A stretch of DNA of 54,832 nucleotides, from NCBI GenBank assembly GCA_964591925.1, contig CAZQCK010000003.1, forward strand, positions 2,936-57,767, written 5' to 3'. The notes beneath the pieces are model-generated. The model did not search any database and was not told the DNA's origin. It saw only the letters and a list, made by a program, of their open reading frames with translations. Shown one piece after another: positions 31,911-41,377 of this stretch. Position 1 is the stretch's first letter, and each line of letters starts with the position of its first letter. Position numbers and translations under genes: made by a program. This DNA is from an uncultured Desulfobacterales bacterium (GTDB taxonomy: Bacteria > Desulfobacterota > DSM-4660 > Desulfatiglandales > HGW-15).

Positions 31911-34037
31911 ATGAACGATTCATCCGGCAAGGGCCAAAACGCGCCGGTCATTGAGATAGAGAACCTCGGAATCGCCTACGAAACCCGCACAGGAGATGTG
32001 CAGGCCGTGCGCAACATCAACTTTTCCGTGCGAGAGGGCGAAACCATGGGGCTCGTGGGGGAGTCCGGTTGCGGAAAGAGCACCATCGCCTTCGGCATCG
32101 TGAACTTTCTCGGCCCCAACGGCAAGATCACCGAAGGGAGCGTCCGATTCCAGGGTCACGAGCTCGTGGGCCGCTCCGAAAAGGCGCTCAAAAGGCTTAG
32201 GGGCGACCGCATCGCCATGGTGTACCAGGACCCGATGCAGGCGCTCAACCCGTCGATTCGGCTGGGCGAGCAGCTCACCGAGGTGCTCACCTGCCACACG
32301 GACCTGTCCCAGAAACAAGCTCGGGAACGCTCCGTGGAGATGCTCAAACGGGTGTACATGCCCGATCCGGGCGACGTGATGAATCGCTACCCCCACCAGA
32401 TCTCCGGCGGACAACAGCAGCGCGTGGTCATCGCCATGGCCATGCTGAACAATCCGGCCCTGCTCATCATGGACGAGCCCACCACGGCCCTGGACGTGAC
32501 CGTGGAGGCGGCGGTCCTCGACCTCATCGAGGACCTGAAGAACGACTTCAAGGCCGCCAACATCTTCATCACCCACAACCTGGGAGTGGTGGCCCGCGTG
32601 AGTGACCACATGTGCGTCATGTACGCCGGAGAGATGGTGGAGCGGGGTACCGTCGAGGAGATCTTCAAGCAACCTTCCCACCCTTACACCCGCGGGCTCC
32701 TGGCCAGCGTGCCCAAGCTGGGAGAAAGCAAGCTCGAGTCCATTCTGACACCCATTCGAGGACGGGTCCCTCCCCCGGACAAGCGTCCTGAGGACGCCTG
32801 CGTGTTCGCTCCCCGCTGTGACTATGCTACGGACGACTGCCTGAAATCCAAGCCCCGGCTGGAGGACGTGGCGGAAGGACACGCAGCCCGGTGTATTTAC
32901 GCCCGGGAAATCGAAGACCGCGCCAGAACAACCCGCCGCCGCCCGCAGGAAGCCCGGCTCGAGGCCGAGGAAACGACTGAAAAGGACGGCCGAATCCTGG
33001 GAATCAAAGGCCTCAAGGTCTACTATCCCCAGGAATCCCAGTCAGTGGCCAGCCTCTTCGGGCTGGGCGAAAAGAAGTACGTCAAGGCCGTGGACGATGT
33101 GAGTCTCCGCCTCCAGAAAGGACGCACCCTGGGGGTGGTGGGGGAATCAGGGTGCGGCAAGTCCACCCTGGTCAAGGGACTGATCGGACTGGAACCGGTC
33201 ACCGGCGGGGATTTTCAGTTCATGGGCATCGACGTGCAGGACACCGTGTCCGACCGGGACACCAGTCTGATTAAAGAGATGCAGATGGTGTTTCAGAACC
33301 CGGACTCCACCCTGAATCCCTCCTATCCTGTGGGCAAGCAGATCGCGCGACCCATAAAACGGTTCAAGACCGTGCCCCGGCGTCAGGTGAAAGAGGAGGT
33401 GATCAGGCTGCTGAGGGCCGTACGTCTCAGCGCGGCTTACTATGATCGGCTCCCCAGGCAGCTCAGCGGGGGGGAAAAACAACGCGTGGGGATCGCCCGG
33501 GCCCTGGCCAGCCGGCCGGACCTGATCATCTGCGACGAGCCGGTCTCCGCACTGGACGTCTCGGTTCAGGCGGCGGTGATCAACCTGCTCCTGGAGATCC
33601 AGCACACCTTCGGGTCCTCCATGATCTTCATCGCCCACGACTTGAGCGTGGTGCGCTTCTTCTCGGACGACATCGCCGTCATGTACCTGGGTCAGGTGGT
33701 GGAGGTGGGCCCTGCGGACGCCATATACGATCCCCCCTACCATCCCTACACCGAGGCCCTGCTATCAGCCGTTCCCATCCCCGACCCGGAAGCCGAGCAA
33801 AAGGACTTGCGTCTGAGCGGAAACGTGCCCAGCGCCCTGAACCCGCCTTCGGGGTGCCGCTTCCACACTCGGTGTCCTCGCAGAGCGCAGATGCTTCCGG
33901 ACGGCGGCAAAATCTGCGAAACCGAGGTACCGCCCTGGCAGGCCACCGAAAAGGGCCATCGCATTTTCTGCCACATTCCCCTGGAAGAGCTGGCCAAGAC
34001 CGAACCGGTGATCCACAGCAAGAATGCGGCGGCCTGA
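31911..34037 (+). CDS. Fused ABC ATPase (DppD-DppF type)
   Basis: Two GESGCGKS P-loops, two signature motifs (ISGGQ, LSGGE), two C-terminal Cys-rich oligopeptide-transporter domains. Confidence 0.96.
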   Translation: MNDSSGKGQNAPVIEIENLGIAYETRTGDVQAVRNINFSVREGETMGLVGESGCGKSTIAFGIVNFLGPNGKITEGSVRFQGHELVGRSEKALKRLRGDRIAMVYQDPMQALNPSIRLGEQLTEVLTCHTDLSQKQARERSVEMLKRVYMPDPGDVMNRYPHQISGGQQQRVVIAMAMLNNPALLIMDEPTTALDVTVEAAVLDLIEDLKNDFKAANIFITHNLGVVARVSDHMCVMYAGEMVERGTVEEIFKQPSHPYTRGLLASVPKLGESKLESILTPIRGRVPPPDKRPEDACVFAPRCDYATDDCLKSKPRLEDVAEGHAARCIYAREIEDRARTTRRRPQEARLEAEETTEKDGRILGIKGLKVYYPQESQSVASLFGLGEKKYVKAVDDVSLRLQKGRTLGVVGESGCGKSTLVKGLIGLEPVTGGDFQFMGIDVQDTVSDRDTSLIKEMQMVFQNPDSTLNPSYPVGKQIARPIKRFKTVPRRQVKEEVIRLLRAVRLSAAYYDRLPRQLSGGEKQRVGIARALASRPDLIICDEPVSALDVSVQAAVINLLLEIQHTFGSSMIFIAHDLSVVRFFSDDIAVMYLGQVVEVGPADAIYDPPYHPYTEALLSAVPIPDPEAEQKDLRLSGNVPSALNPPSGCRFHTRCPRRAQMLPDGGKICETEVPPWQATEKGHRIFCHIPLEELAKTEPVIHSKNAAA

Positions 34038-34038
34038 A

Positions 34039-35499
34039 TCAAACCGCATTCTTTTTCTCGAATCGGCCCGTTCTTTCCTCCAGGGCCAGTGCAAGCGCAG
34101 GCGGCACCGGAGAGGGCTGGTGGAATTTCAGGATCCTGTTGAGCCGATCCACGGCACGATCCATCAAGCCGGCTCTTCCCGCCTGCTCCCAGGCATGAAA
34201 TCCCCGCCGGTTCAAGAGCTTCGGACGCCACTGGGTGGATGAAAAGTGCTCCAGCGTGTGCGGATGCTCCAGGAAGTTCCCCTTTTCGGCCACGTCGGCT
34301 ATGACCTCCAGGGCCAGGGAGTCCTCATTCACAGGGACGCCGCGCTTCAGGCGACGGGCCTGGTCGATGAGTTCGTCCAGGACCACGATCATCTCCAGGC
34401 TGCCGGTACGCCCAAAATCCAGGTAGCCCACATCATGATTCAGGTTCGAGCCGATCATAACGGAGATCAAGGTCAAGACGCCGGCCTCGACCACGGCCTG
34501 ACCGTCCGGCACCTGGGAGTCGCTGGTGCCGGCATAGCCCCAGTTCGGAATGTCGTAGTATCGGCTCATCTCCACCAGGGCCACATAGGAAAGATAGTAC
34601 TCCGGGGCGTTGTATGAGCACTGGGCCGTGGACATGTCCAGAACGGCCGGTCCCATGCCCATGAGAAACGGCGCCCCCGGTGACCGGAGCTGATGGACCA
34701 CCAGACCGCAAAGGCATTCGGCCACGCCCTGGGCCACGTGCCCGGCCATGGTCATGGGGGCCGTGGACCCGGCGATGGGCGCCGGGGAGTACACCAGGGG
34801 GACCCCCTTGTCCGCGCAGAACAGCAGCTTGTCCACGCTCGAGAACGGATGTTTCAACGGACTAGCGGGTTCGGCATAGTGCAGAATGTACGGTCGCTCC
34901 CTGAGCGCGCTTTCACCGCCCCTGGCCTCGGCCGCCAGTGCCCACATTTCGTGCAGGTCCCCTCGGTCTTCGGCCGTGGTTACGATCGGCTTGGACGCGT
35001 TCTCCACCATGGCCCGAAAGCTTTGCAAATAGGCGTGATGCGGCGGCACATCGGAAGGATGGGCAAAGGACATGATGAAATCGATGTTGGAGAGCGCATC
35101 GCAGACCCGGGCGGCACGGGCCACGTCCTGGATTCGGCAGCGGTGCCTTTGCAGGGTCTTTCCGTCCAAGGCATATAGCAAATCAGACCCCGGGCCGAAG
35201 TACGACCGCGTCCCGCCGAGATCCATGGCCTGGTTTCCTTCCCGGTCATAAACCTCAACCGATCGGGGCACCGTCTCCAAGGCTTGCCCAAGGAGCGATT
35301 CCGGAATGCGCACCCTGGTTTTGTCCTCGATCCGGCATCCCGCCTTTTGCAGAATATCAACGGCCTCCTCATGAAACACGCGCATGCCGATGCGATCCAG
35401 AATGTGACAGACCGCATGGTGGATTCGATCCAGGTCCTCCTGCGATAGAAACCGCATGTAGGGAAAGCCGGTGGGAATGATATCACCCGAGTCGTTCAT
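34039..35499 (-). CDS. Trimethylamine methyltransferase (MttB) superfamily protein, non-pyrrolysine
   Basis: RIHHAVCHIL..IG, SPL, GSTAPMTMAG, SDSQVPDGQA, HDVGYL, GNFLEHPHT; no in-frame amber codon. Confidence 0.92.
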   Translation of the reverse strand: MNDSGDIIPTGFPYMRFLSQEDLDRIHHAVCHILDRIGMRVFHEEAVDILQKAGCRIEDKTRVRIPESLLGQALETVPRSVEVYDREGNQAMDLGGTRSYFGPGSDLLYALDGKTLQRHRCRIQDVARAARVCDALSNIDFIMSFAHPSDVPPHHAYLQSFRAMVENASKPIVTTAEDRGDLHEMWALAAEARGGESALRERPYILHYAEPASPLKHPFSSVDKLLFCADKGVPLVYSPAPIAGSTAPMTMAGHVAQGVAECLCGLVVHQLRSPGAPFLMGMGPAVLDMSTAQCSYNAPEYYLSYVALVEMSRYYDIPNWGYAGTSDSQVPDGQAVVEAGVLTLISVMIGSNLNHDVGYLDFGRTGSLEMIVVLDELIDQARRLKRGVPVNEDSLALEVIADVAEKGNFLEHPHTLEHFSSTQWRPKLLNRRGFHAWEQAGRAGLMDRAVDRLNRILKFHQPSPVPPALALALEERTGRFEKKNAV

Positions 35500-37436
35500 A
35501 TCCTTTCTTCTCCCTCGTCCACCCCGTGATGATGGTGTATCTCAAAGGATGGGGCGGCTTCTGCACCGGCACTCGAGGACCCCTCCGCCGACGCGTGCCG
35601 CGGTCGCCCCTGCTCGTCCCATCCCATCAGCACGTAGAACTCTTTGAGCATGGTTTCGTAACGATCTGAAAGAGGCTCACCCAACCCACTCTCCCGGCTC
35701 GCGAACATGCCGGGAAGCCGGTCGTCCAGTGCAACGGCCCCGTTTTCCACATTAAAGAGGCGCTCCAGGTCGGCGACCCGCTTTCCCACGCGCATCAGGT
35801 CTTCCACTCGAATGTTTATACCTGTGAGCTCCCGGGCCAGCTCGGCCTCGGCTTCGAGATCAAAGCCCCGCTTGAGAGACAGGGCGGGAACCTTGCACAG
35901 GCCCAGGCAGTCCAGGGCGATGTTCACCAGGACGGCGCATCTAACGAGAAACGCCTTTCCTTGAATCTCCTCGAGATGGGGGGAAAAGCCTTGCCCGAAG
36001 GCGGCTTCAGCCCGCTCCGAAGACCAGGTATACTCCAGGGACGCGTAGACATTGCTGAAGTCCCCGCCCCTCGCCGAAACCATGTAGCCCAGGGCCGTGC
36101 CCATAATGTGGCCGGGATGATAACCCGGCAGCTCCAGCCCTTTGACATGCGGTGCAAAACGTTCCGCTCCGCGCCCGAGCCTCCGGGCGGCCCCTCGCAC
36201 GCCAAGGGCGAGAATTTCCCCCAAACCCTCTCGCCGGGCGATTTGCCCGATCAAGGCCTCCATGGCCTGTTTGTTCCCCCAGGAAAGATCGAGCCCGCCC
36301 GTGTCTTCAGGACCGATAATCCGCCGGTCGAAGAGATCCATGGCAAAGCCCACAACGGTTCCGGCGGAGATGCAGTCCATGCCGAGCCTCGAGCACAGGT
36401 TGTCCAGCCGCACCAGGGCCTGAAGATCGTTCAGCCCGCACTTGGCACCCAGGTTCACCATGGATTCGAACTCAGGGCGGTTGAACGTCTTTAACCCCCC
36501 TTCGGGATTTTCGAATTGCAGCTCCGCCTTGCAGCGTACCGGACAACCCGGACAGCCCCGGCTCCGGACCGTTCGAACGCGGAGCTTTCTTCCGTCGATG
36601 TCCTGAGCCGATTCGAAGCGGTTGGAGCGATAGTTCCTGGTGGCCAGAATGCCGATGTCATTGCACCAGGTCACGTATCCTGCGCCCCCGTGATCCCTGA
36701 AAAACCGGAACTCGGGCGCCTCGCGAATCCGCCGGGCGTAGGTTCTCACCGCCCTTCCGGCCCCTGCTTTTGGCCTGCCGGGTGAAAGGCCCTCGTCTCT
36801 AACCACAATGGCCTTCAGCCGCTTGGCCCCCATGACCGCACCCAGTCCGGTCCGGCCCGCTGCGTGATCGTAATCGCTCATGGCGCAGGCAAAGGCCACG
36901 CCGTTCTCCCCGGCCGGTCCGATGGTCAGGATGCCCCCTTGCGCAGGGCCCAGCCCTTCCCGCAGGCGAGACTCGGCCCGCCGGGTGTCGAGCCCCCACA
37001 GGCCCCCGGCCTCTTGTATTCGAACTTCATCCTTTAGAATGGAGAGAACCACCGGAATACGCGACCTGCCTCGAATCACGATTGCCTGCACCCCACATGA
37101 ACGAAGGGCGCGCCCGAGACTGCCGCCCACATTGGAGCTACCCATAATACCCGTCAGAGGGGATCGGGCGCTGATATGAACGCGGGATGAGGCGGGAGCC
37201 GCAGTCCCCGTGAGGAGGCCGCAAGAGAGGACCAGAAGGTTTTCAGGACCCAGGGGCTCGGTGCCCGGCGTCAGCCCTTCTCGAAGCAGGAGCGCATTGT
37301 ATCCCCTTCCTGCCATCACCTCTTGGAGAGCCCGCTGAGGATAGGGTTTTCGTGTCCACCGGCCGCAGGCCAGATCCACCTCCAGGATGTCGCCGGTACG
37401 CATCATGATACATGCCTCTATGACAATGGCTTCCAC
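35496..37436 (-). CDS. Aldehyde:ferredoxin oxidoreductase family protein (W/Mo-bis-pterin, [4Fe-4S])
   Basis: RSPLTG, AAGRTGLGAVMGAKRLKA, CPGCPVRC, PEFES, GMDCIS, DCLGLC, GWDEQGRP; ATGA overlap with mttB. Confidence 0.93.
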   Translation of the reverse strand: MEAIVIEACIMMRTGDILEVDLACGRWTRKPYPQRALQEVMAGRGYNALLLREGLTPGTEPLGPENLLVLSCGLLTGTAAPASSRVHISARSPLTGIMGSSNVGGSLGRALRSCGVQAIVIRGRSRIPVVLSILKDEVRIQEAGGLWGLDTRRAESRLREGLGPAQGGILTIGPAGENGVAFACAMSDYDHAAGRTGLGAVMGAKRLKAIVVRDEGLSPGRPKAGAGRAVRTYARRIREAPEFRFFRDHGGAGYVTWCNDIGILATRNYRSNRFESAQDIDGRKLRVRTVRSRGCPGCPVRCKAELQFENPEGGLKTFNRPEFESMVNLGAKCGLNDLQALVRLDNLCSRLGMDCISAGTVVGFAMDLFDRRIIGPEDTGGLDLSWGNKQAMEALIGQIARREGLGEILALGVRGAARRLGRGAERFAPHVKGLELPGYHPGHIMGTALGYMVSARGGDFSNVYASLEYTWSSERAEAAFGQGFSPHLEEIQGKAFLVRCAVLVNIALDCLGLCKVPALSLKRGFDLEAEAELARELTGINIRVEDLMRVGKRVADLERLFNVENGAVALDDRLPGMFASRESGLGEPLSDRYETMLKEFYVLMGWDEQGRPRHASAEGSSSAGAEAAPSFEIHHHHGVDEGEERI

Positions 37437-37496
37437 CTGTCAAGAGAATAGGCCGCCCCCTTTACTTATGAGCGGCTTGCGTGTAGGAGTGGCACT

Positions 37497-38873
37497 ATGG
37501 GCAAGACTCCCACCCTCATCCTGGTCAACCCCTGGATCACCGACTTTGCGGCCTACGATCTGTGGTCCAAACCGCTCGGGCTCCTGACCCTGGCCGGCGA
37601 GCTCCGCCACAGGGGATACCGGGTTCACCTGATCGACTGCCTGGACGTGCACCATCCCGCAATGGCCCGGGAGGACTCGGCCGTGCGACCGGTGAGGCGC
37701 GCCTACGGTACAGGGAAGTTCTGGCGGACGGTCGTGGATCCTCCCGCCCCCCTGGCCTCCGTTCCGCGCCCGTACAGCCGCTACGGAATCTCACACGATC
37801 TCTTTGTCGAGGCCCTGGAGGCCGTCAAAAACCCTGCGGCCGTGCTGGTCACCTCCCTGATGACCTATTGGTATTCAGGTGTTCAGGAAGCCGTGTCCCT
37901 CATCCGCAAGGTCCACCCCCGCACGCCCGTCATCCTGGGGGGCATCTATGCGAGCCTCTGCCGCAAGCACGCCGTCCGGCATTCCGGTGCAGACAGGGTG
38001 GTGAGCTCGGCGGAGGGAAACTGCCTCGAGACGGCATGCCGCATCCTCGATGCCGCAGGTGTTTCCCGCCCCCCCACGGTTTCGGCCGGCACCCCGGTTT
38101 ATCCGGCCTTTGACATGCTCCGCCGGCCGGATTCGGTATGCATCACGACCTCCATGGGTTGCCCTTATCGTTGCGGTTACTGTGCGAGCGGCTTTCTCAA
38201 TCCCTCATTCCGGCAACGCCACCCGCAAGCGGTGATCGATGAAATCCTTCACTGGCACGAAACTCTCGGAATCCGGGATATCGCGTTTTACGACGACGCC
38301 CTGCTGGTGCGTGCCCATGCCCACATTCGCCCTGTGCTCAAAGAGCTGGCGGCCCGGGCCCCCAACCTCCGCTTCCACACACCCAACGCCCTGCACCTGC
38401 GCGAAATCACGATTGCCACGGCCCGCCTCCTCCATACCGGCTTCCGAACCATTCGACTCGGCCTGGAAACGACGGACTTCGAGTTCAGAAGGGGCCTGGA
38501 CGGAAAGGTTCGCCCCGGGGAGTTCGAGCAAGCGGTGCAAAACCTTCGAGACGCGGGATACGGGCGCGAAGAAATCGGAGTGTACGTGATGATGGGCCTG
38601 CCGGGGCAATCCGTGGATTCCGTGAAGCAGACGTTGAAGGCGGTGGACAGTGCGGGAGCCGTCCCTTTCCTGGCGGAATACTCACCTATTCCTCATACGG
38701 CCCTGTGGCCCGAGGCGGTTGCAGCATCGGCGTGGGATCTCACCGAACCCCTTTTTCAGAACAATACCCTGCTGCCTTGCTGGAGCGGAAGGAAACAGGC
38801 CCGTGCACCCGGGCTTCGAGCCCTGGCGCGCGACATTCGCAGACCCAGGGATCAGGCAAGGGGCACCCTCTGA
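37497..38873 (+). CDS. B12-binding-domain radical SAM protein
   Basis: NPWITDFAAYDLWSKPLGL, ILGGIYA, GCPYRCGYC, FYDD, TPN. Confidence 0.92.
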   Translation: MGKTPTLILVNPWITDFAAYDLWSKPLGLLTLAGELRHRGYRVHLIDCLDVHHPAMAREDSAVRPVRRAYGTGKFWRTVVDPPAPLASVPRPYSRYGISHDLFVEALEAVKNPAAVLVTSLMTYWYSGVQEAVSLIRKVHPRTPVILGGIYASLCRKHAVRHSGADRVVSSAEGNCLETACRILDAAGVSRPPTVSAGTPVYPAFDMLRRPDSVCITTSMGCPYRCGYCASGFLNPSFRQRHPQAVIDEILHWHETLGIRDIAFYDDALLVRAHAHIRPVLKELAARAPNLRFHTPNALHLREITIATARLLHTGFRTIRLGLETTDFEFRRGLDGKVRPGEFEQAVQNLRDAGYGREEIGVYVMMGLPGQSVDSVKQTLKAVDSAGAVPFLAEYSPIPHTALWPEAVAASAWDLTEPLFQNNTLLPCWSGRKQARAPGLRALARDIRRPRDQARGTL

Positions 38874-39629
38874 TCAGCGCTCACCCCGATTGATCAGCGC
38901 CGCGGCATAACCGGCGCCGAAGCCGTTGTCGATGTTGACCACGGTCACCCCGGCGGCGCACGTGTTGAGCATCCCGAGCAGTGCGGCTATGCCTCCAAAG
39001 CTTGCCCCGTACCCCACGCTGGTGGGCACGGCGATCACGGGTTTGTCCATGAGACCGGCCACCACACTCGGCAGGGCCCCCTCCATTCCGGCCACCACCA
39101 CCAGAACCTCGGCCCGCACGATCCGGTCACGGTGGGCGAGGACCCGATGAATCCCGGAGACCCCCAGGTCGTGGAGGATTTCCACGTCATTCCCCATGAA
39201 CCGGGCCGTGATCGCCGCCTCCTCGGCCACGGGGACATCCGAGGTCCCGGCGCTGATCACAAGGATCGTTCCCCGCCCCACGGCCTCGTTCTGATGCCGC
39301 ACCAGGGTCAGGCACCTGGCCCTGTCATGGTATTCACTCTCCGGATAGGCCTTCTTGATCTCCTCCGCCTTGCGGTTGGAGAGCCGGGTGACAAGGATGT
39401 TCTCACCACGCTCGAGCATCCGCTCCATGATCGCCAGGATATCCCCGGCCCGCTTTTGTTCACCGAAGACCACCTCGGACATGCCGCGCCGCAAAGAGCG
39501 GTGGTGGTCGATGCACGCAAACCCGATATTCTCGAAGGGAAGGTCCCGCAGGGCGGCCAAGGCCTCTTCCACACCGACCCGGCCTGCATGCACCTCCGCC
39601 AGAAGCCTTCTCATACGTTCTTTGCCCAC
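38874..39629 (-). CDS. larB: Nickel pincer cofactor biosynthesis protein LarB
   Basis: IDHHRSLRRG, AGTSDVPVAEEA, AGMEGALPSV, VPTSVGYGA, VVNIDNGFGA. Confidence 0.95.
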   Translation of the reverse strand: MGKERMRRLLAEVHAGRVGVEEALAALRDLPFENIGFACIDHHRSLRRGMSEVVFGEQKRAGDILAIMERMLERGENILVTRLSNRKAEEIKKAYPESEYHDRARCLTLVRHQNEAVGRGTILVISAGTSDVPVAEEAAITARFMGNDVEILHDLGVSGIHRVLAHRDRIVRAEVLVVVAGMEGALPSVVAGLMDKPVIAVPTSVGYGASFGGIAALLGMLNTCAAGVTVVNIDNGFGAGYAAALINRGER

Positions 39630-39642
39630 GGACCCTCCCCCT

Positions 39643-39999
39643 TCAGGCCAGACCTTCACTGCGAAGAAACGTCATGGCCCGCTGAAGAATGTCGGTCGTC
39701 ATGCTCAAGGCCTTGGACAGGTGACCCACAGACTCCTCGGGGACACCCGATTCCATCATCACCAGGGCTCGCTCCAAGGGAGGGAGCACTTCCCCCCAGG
39801 CGGGATCCCCGGTGATGGACCGAACAAGGGACACCTCGTTTCCAACCATGGCGCAGAGCCCCTTGACCACCTGCAGTCCTCCGGATCGTTCCACGCCGCC
39901 CAATCCCTCGAGCATCTGAATGCCCTGAGAGGCCCAAATCAACCCGGCCTTGATCTTCTCTCCCTGGGAGAGGGCGGAAACTGCTGCTTGTTTGTCCAT
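39643..39999 (-). CDS. Hypothetical helical protein upstream of larB
   Basis: AAGGA RBS, 118 aa, typical codon use, ends 13 nt before the larB start. Confidence 0.75.
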   Translation of the reverse strand: MDKQAAVSALSQGEKIKAGLIWASQGIQMLEGLGGVERSGGLQVVKGLCAMVGNEVSLVRSITGDPAWGEVLPPLERALVMMESGVPEESVGHLSKALSMTTDILQRAMTFLRSEGLA

Positions 40000-40217
40000 C
40001 GGTTCGTCCTTTTCGAATCATCTGCCCGGCCCCGGTAGGTCCCGGTCAGGAACACGCTGGAACATGACCCTACCACCACCCCAGACCCAAAAGCAAGCCG
40101 GTGCGACACTCCACGCCCGGGCCCGCTTTACGGTGTTGAAAAACCCGCTCAAGCTCCACCGCCGGCCTCAGTACCGGAAGCCAATCATCAGATCCATGAA
40201 TGCCGGTCCTCAAATCC

Positions 40218-40296
40218 ACTTGATAATGTTGATATCAATAGGTTTTTTTCTTGGCGTCTTGGCGTCTTTGCGAGAGAATACAGTTTTTTCGTCTTC
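40218..40296 (-). repeat. Partial copy of MITE family A (left half, inverted)
   Basis: Reverse complement AAAAACTGTATTCTCTCGCAAAGACGCCAAGACGCCAAGAAAAAA nearly matches 10104-10150. Confidence 0.85.
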
Positions 40297-40484
40297 GTAA
40301 TACGTATGGCACTGAAAAGGTGGAGCGTGGCCACCCGGTACAAGATCATTGGATGGTGTTGACAACAAACCCCTATCTGTTGTTATATGTGGGTATAAGG
40401 AATGGAGCAACGCTCTTGGAATCGGATGCTCTTTCTATCATTGCATGACGGTGTTGGAAGTGCCCCCTTGAACAGGAAAAGGAC

Positions 40485-40820
40485 ATGACTGCCTTTCGGT
40501 GGGAGACGGAGAAAGAGAAGCGAGAGCAGGCGGCATTGGAAAGACACGCCAGGCTTGCCAGGCTTTTCAAGGAGGATCGTTTCACGTTTGAACGGGAACG
40601 TCGCCGCATGATCGATGAGGTTATTCAATCCGCCGAAGACGACGATTTGAAAGCGAAGCTGCACGCGATGCAGGACGAGTGGAACCGAAGAATGCAGGGC
40701 GCCGGTTCTCTCCACAACCGTTTCGTGCTGGCCAAGACCTTTTTCTGGGAGCATTTCCACGGCGTCTGGCAACCGGCCGTCCAGGAAATGAACCGGTTGC
40801 TCAACCGTTCCGAGGAGTAG
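40485..40820 (+). CDS. Hypothetical protein, DUF3135-like
   Basis: AAGGA RBS; LFKEDRFTFERERRRMIDEVIQSA...LHAMQ pattern resembles DUF3135. Confidence 0.7.
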   Translation: MTAFRWETEKEKREQAALERHARLARLFKEDRFTFERERRRMIDEVIQSAEDDDLKAKLHAMQDEWNRRMQGAGSLHNRFVLAKTFFWEHFHGVWQPAVQEMNRLLNRSEE

Positions 40821-40974
40821 CGCTCTTTTCGGCCGTTGCAACCACAGCGGCGATCCGCCTGTGCAGGAACTCCCCTATCCGCAGTGCAAACGGCTTGCCC
40901 GCTTCACCCATTCTGGCGGCCTCGAACGCCGCATTCAAGGCGATGAGTTCGGCTTCGAGCCGTTGCTCTTTCAT
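40801..40974 (-). CDS. 57-aa micro-protein resembling the MCP signalling hairpin tip
   Basis: Not in the ORF track. MKEQRLEAELIALNAAFEAARMGEAGKPFALRIGEFLHRRIAAVVATAEKSATPRNG*; GAGGGAGG RBS; compare MCP consensus LLALNAAIEAARAGExGRGFA. Confidence 0.7.
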   Translation of the reverse strand: MKEQRLEAELIALNAAFEAARMGEAGKPFALRIGEFLHRRIAAVVATAEKSATPRNG

Positions 40975-41057
40975 GCGTTCCCTCCCTCACGTCCGCCGGA
41001 TTCGCGACCCATGCACTCCAGTGAAAACGACCTGCCGGCCTCTTGTAATGTGAAGCA

Positions 41058-41072
41058 GCATGAAACGTGCCA
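41058..41072 (-). promoter_or_regulatory. Sigma54 (-24/-12) promoter
   Basis: TGGCACGTTTCATGC versus consensus TGGCACG-N4-TTGC, with correct GG-N10-GC spacing; ~84 nt upstream of the micro-ORF ATG. Confidence 0.7.
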
Positions 41073-41209
41073 CATTGGAGGCAGACCTATCGCCCGGTTT
41101 TTCAAAGGATTCAACAACGGACCTTCCTGAGCGGAGAGGAGGCGTCAACTTTCGGGGTATTTTCCGCCGCACACACGTCAATTTCCTGACTGGCCTGAAC
41201 ATCCACGCC

Positions 41210-41238
41210 TTGACACCAAAGCGGCGGGCTCCTATAGT
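41210..41238 (+). promoter_or_regulatory. Sigma70 promoter of hdrB
   Basis: TTGACA-N17-TATAGT. Confidence 0.65.
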
Positions 41239-41377
41239 CGAGCTGAAAATTGATCGCCCGGCAAGGCACCTTCTTTCCCGGCGTTCTTTGGTTCCGGGCC
41301 CCAGACAAAAAGCGCTCTTTGAACTCGTCAAGGGGTGTCACCACAATCACGGCGATGCGCACAAATCGAGGTATTCG

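Noticed and set aside
41060-41377. 106-aa N-terminal extension of HdrB in the ORF track (similar extensions on RodA, MrdA, DdpX and the 4Fe-4S protein)
   Set aside because: The extension spans promoter DNA, and RBS-supported downstream starts match family lengths.
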